This document shows, piece by piece, positions 12,818-26,400 of a stretch of 64,000 bases of DNA. The translations under genes and the position numbers were made by a program. The notes under the pieces were generated by a model. That model was not told the DNA's origin, did no database searches, and saw nothing but the letters and a program-made list of their open reading frames with translations. The first letter of the stretch is position 1. Each line of letters starts with the position of its first letter. This stretch comes from Ophelia neglecta. Taxonomy: Eukaryota. The DNA is taken from positions 61,876,001-61,940,000 of the forward strand of contig OZ260661.1 in NCBI GenBank assembly GCA_965285935.1, given 5' to 3'.

Positions 12818-14440
12818 TTATTTCCCTTTTTTTAAATTCCTCTGCAATGAAGACTGCACATCCCTGAGACCTTTGTCCTGTCTGGTCCTGCAACAAAAAT
12901 ACAGAAAAATTTAACACGTACATTCTAAGATGGTAGAAGATTCTACTAAACTTGCCTGATATAATGCTTGTTGGGTTTACTGTCGAGCTAGACAGTAGAT
13001 TAACTGGGGAAAATGTGGAGATACATTTCATTGATTTATGATTTATGTCAATCAAATTTACATTATAATCTCAATATAATCGATGGCCCATTGATCAGTC
13101 CTAGCTCCTCCATGTTCAGGCTGCCACCACCTAAACTGGATACCATATGTCCTGGCAGCGGGAGGAATCTCATAAGCCACACGCTTAGGCAGCAAGAATT
13201 CACTAGGTTCATGGGTGGCTATTAAGTTCCAATCTATCCCCTAGAGGAAATGGTGATGTTACATATTAAAGTCAAAAAACATACTTCCATCATTTATATG
13301 TTAGTATCATAACAGCACAAATGTTGAGCTGCATTGTCAGAATGAAACATAAAAGGATTGGGTTTAAAAGTATTATATTGTGCTTTGACATGTAAGTACA
13401 TTTACTTAGGTCCTGAATTCATGACAAACCTTATTTTTGGTATACTCTAAGACAACTACAGCTCTCCCAGACCCAGCTTTCAGATTTACATTACATGTGG
13501 GAACCTGTCGGTTGCTCCCTATCTGCAGCACAAACATCACCTTGCTGAAATGGTGGAAAGAAAAATGATTACCTGGGTTCCATATCGCTAAACAAAACAT
13601 CCAACAAAGTTATGAGTCACTTACCTTGCACGTGTGACGTCCATTTCGGTGGTAACTGCTTGACGAATACCACAGCCATTAAAGTAGAGGTTTTTACCAT
13701 GTGCCAGTGGGAGTAAAGAGCCACATCCCATACCAAGTCCACCTCCTTCAACAGTCTCCCACAGGCCAGTTGACACTCCACCTTCAAAGCCGTCTGTCAT
13801 GTGACTTGGTAATTCAGAACGAACAGGCTTACATGTGTCACCTGGGAAAAGCATGGATCCCATTATATCATAAACAGGATGACATTTGTAAAATGTTTTA
13901 AGCATCAATATACAGTATTAAAGCAACTTCTAAATGAAACATTTTGTCATGACATTTACCTAAATAGCCTGGGTCGCATTCACAAAGCCCATTAACACAG
14001 TCACCTCTTCCATTACACAGTCCAGGGCATTCTTCACCAATATATATGTCATCAATGGCCCAGCCAGGTCCCTCATTGAGAGCTGTATCATCCTGGAACC
14101 AACGAAATCGGGTCTGTCTGAAAATGCAAGATTAGGTAAATGATGTAATAAAGTGTTTGATAGTTTGAAACATTCCCCAAAGTCATGCATCAAATCCACA
14201 TTGAATAAAATAAACAGCACACAAAACTTGGGAATGATCTTGTATTGGAATTTCAACCTTCTTTTTTAAGTTTTCAATTAATGCAAAAAGAATGCAAAAA
14301 GAATGCATAAATAAGCTATGGCCAACCTTATTCTAAAATCAAATTTGGTTTCTATGTCCGATACATTTCTTCTATATCATGCACAGTATTTAAAATTTAA
14401 ATGTCGATAATGTTTTATTTCAATGTAGTATTTCAACTGA

Positions 14441-14485
<45 letters not shown>

Positions 14486-17400
14486 GTAGCTAAATAGCAA
14501 TTAATGGGTGAGAATGAAAAAGGAAAGTTTTAACCTGCTATCTGACTTTATACTGACCATCTAAACAAAAAAGAGTTATAATAATAAAGAAATATAAGAG
14601 GGTAAATCATAGCCTGTATTAAATACTAACACATTCTAAAATTCAATACACCAAAAACAACTGTATTAACTGAATTAGTAAAACAAACGGGCTGAAAACT
14701 CAAGACCAGTGAATATTGCTTCAACACACATGCGTGAGTGAAAATTCCCATGACATGATATTGTTGGTCACTACTTAGGTTTTTTCGGTTTCACTTTCTG
14801 GAAAACAACAGTGAAGTTAATTATACAGCTCAGAGCTGTGTAAGAAAAAGTGAGAACACAGTTTTTTAGGAAGGAAGCAGTTAGTTTAATGCTCCAACTG
14901 GTTTACCCTGAATAGACTTTAGGTGGTAGTAGTAGAGTTGCCCTGCGCCACTCCCTGTGGGTGCTGGCTGTGTAGATCGACCCCTGCTGATACTTGTAGG
15001 GCCTGCACTCCATGTTGTTTTCATGATCATTGATCAGACACTGAGGGTGTATGACATGCCAATCCTCAGAACTGGGATCTTTATTGAACTGCAGTAAGAT
15101 GGCATGTCTGGTATCACAGGCATACTTAGTGTCACCACAACCAACGGTTATCTAAAAAGAGAAAATATATTAATGATACTTAAAGGACCTTTCCTATGAT
15201 CAAGATATACATAAAACAGGGAAAAAATATCAGTAATATCAAGAGTAACATTTAGAACATTTTACTAGCCTTAAACTGTATCATATAATGCTCTTGTACG
15301 ATCATCTGCCTTGTTGTGACCATTTTCATTCCGGAATCATCTTTCCATGCTAACACATGGTCTTGCTTTCCACACATGTTGGTTTCTAGGTGGCCACTGG
15401 GATAGAACTCAATATCATCCATCTCTTCTTCAAAAGTCTCTAGGACATCACTAGGGTTGATCTCAGCACCCCCAATATACACATCATCGAGGCTCCAGGA
15501 GTGTGGCATGTCTGACAGGGGATAGGAGCCCTCTTCCCAGCCCGGGGGAAGTGGCTGCCACCATCGTACACGGGTACTGTTGGTGCGAGCAGCAGCAGGC
15601 AGAGGAATATACTCATGAAGAGGCTCTGCCCAGTAGTTGTTGTGGTCCAACACATGTAGGTTTAACCAAGTAATACCTGAATTAAAACTACACAATTAAT
15701 AAAGAAAATAATTTAATAAAAAAAAATTACAATAAATTAAAAAAGAAAAATGCTTACCACCATCAGTAGAATATTGCAAAAAAACACTCTCATTTCTTGA
15801 GGCCGGTACCCCACATCCCTTTTGTTCAGATGGTCCTCCTATCATGGCATAATACTGGATAAATCTAAAAGAAAGGGTAAATTAAACACTATTTTCTATA
15901 AAAACAGGCAGAGGCAAATATATATCATTTTAACCAGTGTGTGGTAGCAATACCAGGTTGTACCTTTTGTACATTAAATCCATGTTAATAAGCTTCTTAG
16001 AGATTAATTCGGAGGTCACCTTAGAAGGTGTGATTTCCTGCATAGAAAGTACATGTATGTGGGTGTTATCTCACATCTGGCCTTAGAATACGTCTGGTTT
16101 GTCCCTAAAGGTGAAAGTTACTTCCAAGATAACCATCAGACAGAAAACTAAAAGTTGTTTGGCTCTAAGATCTGCCATTTAAAGCAAAACCAATACAAAA
16201 CATTTCCACTTTTGCATGGGAATGAGCCAAATACATATCACCCTTTTTTCTTCAAAAATGGTAGGTGGCATTTAAAAATATCCTAAAAACAAAAGTTGCT
16301 TCAATGCTTTACCTAGCATTTCGTAGATCTAAGTCAACAGTGACAGCTTGTCTCTGACCAGGACCATCAAAGTGTAGACCTGGGGCCTCCATCAATGCAG
16401 AACAGCCTAATCCAACACCACTTCCCTGAATCATGCTCCACCTCCTAGGATCTACAGTTTTGTTCTCAAATGTGTCTTTTAGATCAGTCTGAAAAAGAGA
16501 TCCTAGTACATTATGTGTTATTTAAGTACATGTATTGGTAAAAGATTCTTTGGGAGAAAGATTCTATTCTCTTGTATTTGGTGAAATATTTGATAATTGA
16601 ATCATTTAAGGCATGTTGTTGAGCTGGCACTCTTCATTTTGTCCTTTCCAAGGGAGATTTTCATTTCACAATATGACATTTGTTTGCCATTTCTTTATCA
16701 CTTGTAAAAGGTGGTATCAAATTATCAAGTCATTCAAACAAATAAAATCAAACCATTCTCACCATTGTGGATCTAACTTGGTAGCAGTTTTCACCACGAT
16801 ATCCGCGGTCACAAATGCAGACAGGGTGGTCGCAATGTCCGTGCCCCCCACAGAGATCAGCACAGGCTGGGCCAATATACACATCATCCAGAGCCCAACT
16901 CTGCCTTCCTGATGCTGATGGATCCTCAGGAAGCCACTGCACCCAGCGAAACCTGGTGCCACTGTTTTTCCATGGAAATATATGCTACAGCTTTTTTAAA
17001 AGTTATCACAGCAATAGCTGCTTTTAAGCAAATTGTATCAGAAATATTACACAAGAAAATTGACTAAAGTTTCAATGAAAAAAATATGTGCTCAGTACAA
17101 GAAATATGTTACAGGCTTTAGGCTTTACAAAAACATAGCACAGTAGCACAGGCCAATAAGTTGCTTACTTTGAAACCACAGTTCCATCTAATGGTATGGT
17201 AATCCTTCTCCATCCCACATTGGGATAATAAACACTGGGAATAGTGGCATTGTCATGACACATGGGTATAAATGGCAGACATTGATCTACCAAATGGTGC
17301 CAGTTCATTCCATAGTCATTAGAATACTGCAAATGGACTGGGGCTACATATTTATCACTGGAGCTATTGCATCCTACACTGATGCTGAACTGTAAGATAT

Positions 17401-20400
17401 ATCCTGGCTCAATAGTCAAATCTGAAGACATCAAAGTGACATTTTCATCTTCTTTAAGTTGTCCAGTTACAGTATAGCTAGACCCACAGTATCTTCCAAA
17501 TTTAACGTTATCCTGCTGCAGCCAGACATATCTCCTTTCACTGTCATTACCATGAAAGCCGTCTTTGACCTCAATTGGATTAATGTCATTGCCACCAATG
17601 ACAACATTGTCAACAGCCCAGTCACTCTTAGCTGGGCCTCCATGTTTAGGTTGCCACCATCTAACCCTCACACCATTCTTCTTAGCATCTTTAGGTAAGC
17701 CAAGGCTCACGGAACTGAAAGAATTGATAAAGTTATGCAGTAACTGTTCTAGTAACTTGAACCATGATAGGCATCAACTACGGACAAAGCTTGAACATGT
17801 GTTATCACCTTGGCCTCCTATAGTGCACATAATACAACTCTTTCAACAAATTCCAAGTTTTGCCACCATTAGTTGAGTAGTCAACAATCACTCCTTCATC
17901 TCTGTGAGTTGGAGGAGAAAGGCAGCCGAACTTGATAACAAACTGGATGAATACAGCCTGTCTAAGGTCCAAATCTATGGTAATCAGCTGACGAATACAC
18001 CCCTACAAATGGGGAGCCAATGTTAGACAATACATACACTGTTTGGGTGAATCTCAAAGCACTATTAAATAATAATAATACTAAGAATATAATTTATTCA
18101 AGAAATAAAAAGTAAAAAAAGCTATCATATTGTATTGATTCAGAGGCAGATGATAAATATATATATTTATAAACTGCTAATGTATAGTAACAGATATCGC
18201 CCACAGACAATCCTTACGCCTTTGAAGTGAATTGAGGGACCTGAAGCCAGAACGCCACATTCGGTAGAGATGGATCCCCCATTGATGCTGATCCAGTCCT
18301 GTTTAGTTGGTACTTGTGTAAATGAGTCTGTAAGCAACGTCTGAAGTGTGGAATCGGGTTCCGAGCAGGAATCTCCACTCCAATGCTTGTCACAACTATA
18401 CAACACACACACAAAACATTTATATAATATTTGATATTCTTGACACAACAATTTAAACATAAATGTACAAGTATGCATACATTAGAACACTTTTCATACA
18501 AGAATGTTTCCAATCAGGCTGCATCTAAAGCTAGAATATTTACATTCTTACATGCACATTCCTTGGTCACATCTGCCATGTCCAGCACAAGAACATTTAC
18601 ACTCGTCTCCAATGTAGACATCTTTAATGGCCCATGTGTTTTCAGAATAGAACCCTGGTCGCTGGATCCACCGAAACCGAGTGGCCTTGGACCTAAGTAA
18701 CAGTAGTGTAATTACAATTGCATGTATTTCTTGTTAAAAGTCATCTTATTTGTAAACTTTGTGAAGGGAATACAGCAAATATACAGGGATGAGAATGGGA
18801 AACTTTGAAAAAGCCAGGGGTGTGCTGGGGGGGTTTCAAAGGGGGGCAAAAAACTCGGAAAACCGCGAATCCACCTTGTGTAGTAGGGAAGTTCCACAGT
18901 GATCCTGTTCCAACCATGATAGACATCTGAGGTGTACTGACTCTTTCTATGGAACTGTGAACATTCAACATCAGAAGGCAGACATTCGTCCCATACCAGG
19001 TTCCAAGTCTTTCCCAAATCCAAGGCATATTGGAGCTCAATGGCTTTAAAATAGACATCAGCAGATCATTAAGACACTATACCTCAAAGGAATTACAATG
19101 AGCAATTTGAACCTCCCTTTGTTTTTATAATAGCAACATAACAAATTGCCCACCATAACATCTTCCCGATGGCTCACATCCCATAGCAAGGGTGAACTGC
19201 AGGTAAGTGGCTTCTGTAACCGAGACATCATTGCTCACCACATATCTTACTGGATCATCACCTATAGTCATGAAATGATTCCTGATAAATCATTAGTCAT
19301 AATGTGTTTATTTGTAGAACACAACAATTCTACCAAAAGTCAAGTAAAACAACATGTAAAAACTACAGACTGCAATTAACCTGCAAAATTGAGTGATTTG
19401 GTTTCGACACCACAAGCTGGTTGAATCATGGCACCAGGATAGAGCAGCCAGTTATCTAGGCTCGGGTCACTTAAATTGTCTTGCAGCACCATACGACCAT
19501 TGATATTTCCACCAATGTATATCTATTCAAGAAATTCGAAGACATTCACAGACAAAGAAAACTTCTCAAACTAGCTATGATCCGATATACATTGTTAGGC
19601 AAAGTGTTAGGTGTATTTTGCTCATAAAGCCAGTAGTACAACACCTGATCAACAGCCCAGGTATCCAGGAAGGTGCCATTTTCTGTTGGCTGCCACCATC
19701 GAATTCTGGTAGCATTAGTTTGCACTTCGTATGGCACTGGCATGGCCACATAGAAGGCTCGTCCATAATCTGGTACAGCAAAGTCAAACTGTTGGAGGGT
19801 GTGCCACAGAATGCCCCCATTGGTGGAATACTGGAGCATCACTGGGGATGTGTGGTTATTTGGGCCCCTCACACCACAACCCAGTTTGATGAAAAACTGA
19901 ATCACACTGTGATAAAATAGAAACACTTTACACTGAGTGCCTTTCCTATATTTAAAGTAATTCTTAATTGTACTAAACAACAATTTTATTTGATATCTAA
20001 TAGAAAAGAATTCATTATTGCTGACCTAGCAAGATTGAGATCCAAGTCTTGTGTGATGAGAGCTCTCACTCCGGTGTTTGTGAACACCAGGCCATTATCA
20101 CTGACTAGTGTGCCACACTCCTGATTTTTCACTCCACCACTGTTTAACCACCATTTGCTTTCATTCAAAGGCTTCATATCACTGTCATCAAAGCTCTCTT
20201 AAAACAATTCAATGAAAGTTGGAGGACTTTATTTAAATGGGAGAGGAAGAAAGTACAAAAACAAGAAAAGGGTTTAAATTATCCATTTATGATATACCCG
20301 GTAAGCATAATGAACGAAATATCAATAAGTGATATGGTACTTGGAACAAGTACCCTGTTTTATAAAGCATAGTTTCTTGAAATAAGAGTTCAGCTGAACA

Positions 20401-23400
20401 CAAATATGACCTGTTAATCACTATATACAGTACCTAAGAGGAAGTTTGGATTTTTCCTGTTAGCCACACACAATTCCCTATCATAGCCAGTGTCACACTG
20501 ACAAAACATGCCATTGATGCAGGTGCCATGTCCATTGCAGTGAGCCTCACACTGCATACCGACTAGGACATTATCTATAGCCCACTCCACGGCCAGCTCC
20601 TTCTGACTGGGGTAAAAACCTTGATACCATCGAAACCTTACATCTCTGGAATACACATACAATGTTTTTCATAGTTGAAATTTCTGGAATTAACAGCTAT
20701 GTATAGTGTGTAAGTAGTACAGAGTTATGCCATAACTTTTCTTTTACAAATTACCCCCAGCATGATACAGTGAGAACTCACAAGGACTGGTTTTTTTTAC
20801 ATAGGCCTACAAAAGATATGTAGAACAAGTTATTTATGCTCTCATGAATTGAATGACAAGTGTAACATTGATTTCACCAGGAATTTCCATGCACTCACAA
20901 GTTAATCAGTACATATTGACGAGACTTACCCACAAAGCTGGAGCTCACTGAGTGGTACTACTACCCTCCTCCAGTATTCTGTTGTACCTTGGTAGTAGAT
21001 GGTGGAGTCTATCCTACGGTCAGCACAGTTAGGGAGAGAATCCTTAGTACATGGTGGTACCACCAACTGCCAAGACTTTCCCTGATTATAGGAATATTCT
21101 AGTCTAACTGGATTTATGTGAGAAGGCTGGGGTGTGCATCCTATGTTGATCTGCAAAGAACAATTCATTCACATGTAGCCTGAGTAACTAGTTTGATTGT
21201 TCCAATAATATTATTTTGAGATGGTCTAGTGCCAGCAAGACGGATTTACTAATGATATTTCCAACGATTGTACATTGCATGTTATTTTAAAACTATTGGT
21301 TTAAACATATTTATTTGGATTGACCGTATAGCGCCAAGCTAATCTCTCCTTAATTTTAGTACACCTATTGTACATTGCATACATCAAATTGTATGATGGA
21401 CATATCTGAGATGGCCAAATCTCTGGTGGACACTGATCTCTCTCCTGGCCCTGAACTGAACACCAAGGAAGGGGTCCCTGTTAACAATTCACCATTCCTG
21501 CAATGGGGCAAGCTTTTTACTCTAACAGAAACATTATTATGATTTTTATGTTGTTGGCATTTACTGTCAGGCCAATAAAGTATTAGGTTCTATCTTTTGG
21601 ACCAAGGATGAAATTTATGATGAATTTTATTACAATTTATTTGATTTCTTTTGTATTTCTTTCCTTTGCTTTTAACTAATACTGTGCAATGGCCGATTAC
21701 AATTTTCAGATGGAGGTAAAAACCATTTAAGTCCACTTTTGATACTTATCTACTTCAATGTACCAGTACCACCATGAAATGCCAAATATTGTGAAAATAC
21801 CCAAAGAAGTAAACTATGGAACTTGGACATCATGTCTCACAAGTTTGGAGTATTTTTTGCAGGAGCAACAGTATAAACAAATCAAGAAATTTGTATTTTT
21901 TATAGCAGGTTTTGCAGGGGCTTACCTAGTACTAAATGAGCAATATTCAGCAGTCGTGCCTCCAGGCCAGAACAGCCAGTCGTCTGGGTGTGGACCGGAA
22001 TTAAACGTCTCCTGCAGCATGTCTGGGTTCATCAGATCTCCACCAATGTAAAAGTTATCAATACTCCACACTGACTTCATCAGACCTGTTTTTTCAAGAA
22101 ACAATTAGAAAAAATTACAAAACTGAAATGCAGTCCATAAAAAAATTCAATCTAACTGCATATTAAATGCATTTCTATATAGTAATATCATTTACAAGGC
22201 ATGGCTTATAAAGATAATAGATTTAAATAAGGGAAGGTTCACCTCCATGCTTGGGCTGCCAAAACCGGAATCTAGTTGAATTGATCTGAGCTTGGCTAGG
22301 CAAAGGGTGAGTAAAATATCTGAAAAATAATTCCATAAAGATGTTGCACGAATAAAAAATGATTATTTTTAATTCATCCTGATTTAACTCTGCTCATTAC
22401 GACAATGAACTTTAATGTGAGCAAGCTGTCAAAGAATTTCTTAAGGTGAGTAAGTAGATGATGAGACAACCTTGGTGTGCCATCACTTTCATAATGGATT
22501 TCATCCAGAAGATGCCAGAGTATGCCTCCATTGACAGAATACTGAAGGAGTACCATATGCTCTGATGGCCAGGTTGAGGTATCACGTACGGTGTTGCAGC
22601 CATACTGAAAGGTGAACTGCAGGAACAGCGACATGGAGACATCCATATCTCTTGTCACGGCCATGCGAAGGTTATCCTGCCAGAAAAAAATAAAAAGGTG
22701 AAATTGAAATCATATCCTAGGATTGTTTAATCACTAAGCTACACTTTCTCATGGTAATACATTTGGTATAGAGTAAAACATGCCTTATAGAAGGTTAGAG
22801 CCTTGCCCGTAACCAACAGTCCACATATGTTAGAAGGCTCTCCGCCATGCATTACAGGCCAATCGTTGGGTGTTATACCCATATCAAAGTCATCTCTGAG
22901 GGTGGTGGGAAGCTGGATGGCTGGCACACAATACTCCCCAGCATAACCTGGGTCACACCTGCAATGCAACAGCCATGTTATAATCCTATAACTACTCATA
23001 CCTTGGTAAATGGAATTCGGATACTGAGACCAAAGCACTATCCTATGTGCATAATCTATAATCTATCGGATAAAAACAGATAATATTTATTTATTTGTAG
23101 TATATGCATCTTACATGCATACTCCATGACTGCAGTGACCATGTCCCGAGCACATCCACGGACATCCATCACCAAGATAGATGTTATCAAGGGCCCAGAC
23201 ATTCCCTCTTAGAGACACTGTCTGCTGCAGCCAGCGGAAACGAGTGGCTGGGGAGCTACAGTTTAAAAAGTAACAGGTTAAAGTATTACATGTACACTAT
23301 CTATTATCTAATAATGGGATAACAGAAAACAGAAAAATTTAAATGCAAGCTTTTGTTTCACATATCTGCAAAACTATAACTTGGCACAAGCATGTGTATT

Positions 23401-26400
23401 GCATATGTTTGTCTATGGTGAAACACAATATATAAAGGTCAACTGTGGGTGTGGTGCACTCTCGCCAGAAAATACTTGTGGCTGTTTAATGGTTGCATGA
23501 TAGAAATAAGCATCTTTAGGATGTGAAAATAAAATTACACAGCATTAGAAGGAAGATAAAGTGTGACTCTAGTCCAGTTGGCATGACTGTCAGACATAAA
23601 GTTGCTGCTGACATGGTAGCCGGAGCAGTCTGATTGGGGTGGTAAACACTCCTCGGCCACCGGGTGCCAAGTACGTCCCATGTCCACCGAGAACTCCAGC
23701 ATCACCCCATACAGGGTGGAGTAGGTCCCACTACAGCCCATGGATATGTCAAATTGTAGGAAAGAAGAGGGGGTCACTTCATAATCCCATGTTTCAGCAT
23801 AGCGCATATTCCCTAAAATGAATCATAATATGTGTGCCAATTATGACAGCAGTTTACTTAACTGGTTAAACTTTACCAAAAATAAAACAATATTGGGATG
23901 TATTTAACTGGGGGGGGGGGGACTGTGGCCTGTTTTGACAGGGTGTGCCTCTGGGTTTTGGAAACCAGACCCATTCATGTAAATCGCCTAGCAAGATATA
24001 CCATACAAGTAAATATGAGGCAAAAAGAGGAGCCATTAAAGTTCAAATGGGCATGCAGCACTACCCCGTATAATTTAGAAACAAAATATGCATGAATCTG
24101 GTTCCAATTTTCTACTTAATTTTGTATTTCTTCTTTAATGACATCATGCTTTGGGGGAGAAAATATTTTGTCATTCTTGTAAAATAATCTTGAAAGCACA
24201 TCCATTCATTTAAGAAAGGTCAAAATTGTCCCCTATACATGTAAATTCATGCTCAAAGAACTCACCAATGTAAGGGGGACATGCTGTATGCCTAATTGCC
24301 TATACATGATAGTACCCCTCCCCCAAAGTAAATTAATAAAGTGTTCAATAGCACAGATCCCATTTTCTTCATACTCACCATTTTTACTGAACTCTAGAGC
24401 ATTATCCCTTGAATGACATGTGATCTTGGGCACAGCGTTCATGGCCATAAACCAGATGTCTTTTTTCATTGGATTGAAGTTTTCTTGGAAACCATTGTAG
24501 CTGGTATCATTGCCAGCTATAATAACATCATCCAGGGCCCATTCAGCTCTCGGTTTGTCTGTATATGAATATAATTAACCAATATCAATTGAAGACAAAA
24601 ATGATGAAGTAGGGAACAGGAACTGGGGCTAGCAGTGTATGTTCCCTTCACAGTAAATAAATAGCCATTTATGAACCAATCATACTATGCACCTGGTTTG
24701 CCAAGTGGTTGCCACCATCTGAACACTGTTGAGGCTGATTTAGCCTCAGGTGGAATTTCTATAGTAACAGAATGTGGGTCATCTTCTAAACTCTTTGGAT
24801 CTAGAGTTTTCAGCATATGCCAGGTGACTCCATTGTCTTTGGAGTAATCCACTACCACTCCTTCATTTCTATTGACAGGTCTACGGCAGCCTTTCAGGTC
24901 TTTTCTGCTACCAATCTTGATGTGAAACTGTAGAACTCTGAAGGGACAAAACATTTTCACTTTTACTAGGTGAATAATCTGAAATAGAACCTTTTCTTAC
25001 TCAGAACTTGAATTGGCGAAACAAAAACAATATAAAAAGCCTCTTGCCTGATGCTCTTCACATCCAGGGGGACAGTTCTGGCTTCCCTAGTGCCTTCCCC
25101 ATCAAAGTAAATAGAGTTTCCATTACTTATAACTCCACAGCCATTTCCCAGTTTGCCTCCCAGCGCATGCTCCCACAACTCTCCAGGTCTGTTGGAATTC
25201 TCAAATCTCTCGACCATGCCGTATGGTTGGTCAGCAAGTGGCTCACAGTTGTCTCCTGTTAGAGCAGATAGACATTGGATGCTTTTGTACCTCCTTCAAG
25301 AGTTAGGTTATTGCTTAGTTACAAAATGGTGCCTTATACCCAGGAGATCAACTCAATGTGGTGAGTAGTAAATTGGTTGTCAAAGCTTTCAACAATTCTG
25401 TACAGGTTTAATTTCATTTATGCTGTGTGGGATCATCAAACTCCCCTTGTAGAAACTACAATTTAAACAAATAATTTGTCTTTTTTCCATGACAATTTCC
25501 AGATACTTTAAGGCAACATGTTGCATTGGGACATATATATTCATAGTTTCATTTAAATGGTTTCATTGTTGCAAGTATTGTATAATGAAAAATGTGGTAT
25601 CAGTAAGGACTTATAATTGTTAAAGCCTTAAGACTCTGCCTACCACCATATCCTCGTTGACAATGACACATGGAGCCATCCCTGCAGACTCCATGGCCGC
25701 TGCATACATCAGGGCAGGGAGATCCAATGTACACATCATCCAAGGCAAAACTAGAGTCTGACCCTCCAGACTGCCACCATCGAAAGTTAACCTTTCTGTA
25801 ATTAATATCATGTTTGCAATTGGTTCAAATTACCATGATTACTGTGCTCTGATTATATGACTTGCCTTGAGCACTTGGAAGGTCCAAATAATATACAAGA
25901 TAAACTTGATAAAGGTCTCAATACTACCCAGTAGTTTTGGTTTTCCAAGTCCTCCAAGAAAGATTCGAAGCACTTCTATTTTTTTGGTTTATGAATTACA
26001 ACTTTACTAATTACAGTGTTCCCTGCGATGAAGGGCAACTCTGATGAAGGGCCACCTGCGGTGAAGGGCCCCCTTTCCTTGGATTTAGGGGTGGCCCTAC
26101 ATCGCAGGGACCACTGTACCATCTTTATTGTTATTATTTTTGTTACTTAATTCTGTTATGAATCTTTTTCAAAAATATTGCATGAAAAGCTTGAAATAGC
26201 TATAAACAAGCTAGTACATGGCATAATATGATATAAATTAAATATCATTGCAAAACAATTTAGACTCTTCTTGCAGCTAGCAATAATGCCTTATAATTCA
26301 CCTCCAAATGTTGGGAGGTGGTATTTAACTTACCCAGAGAGCAGTTGAGGGGATACAGGTATCAACACCAGTCTCCACTCCCCATATGTACCTGCATGGT

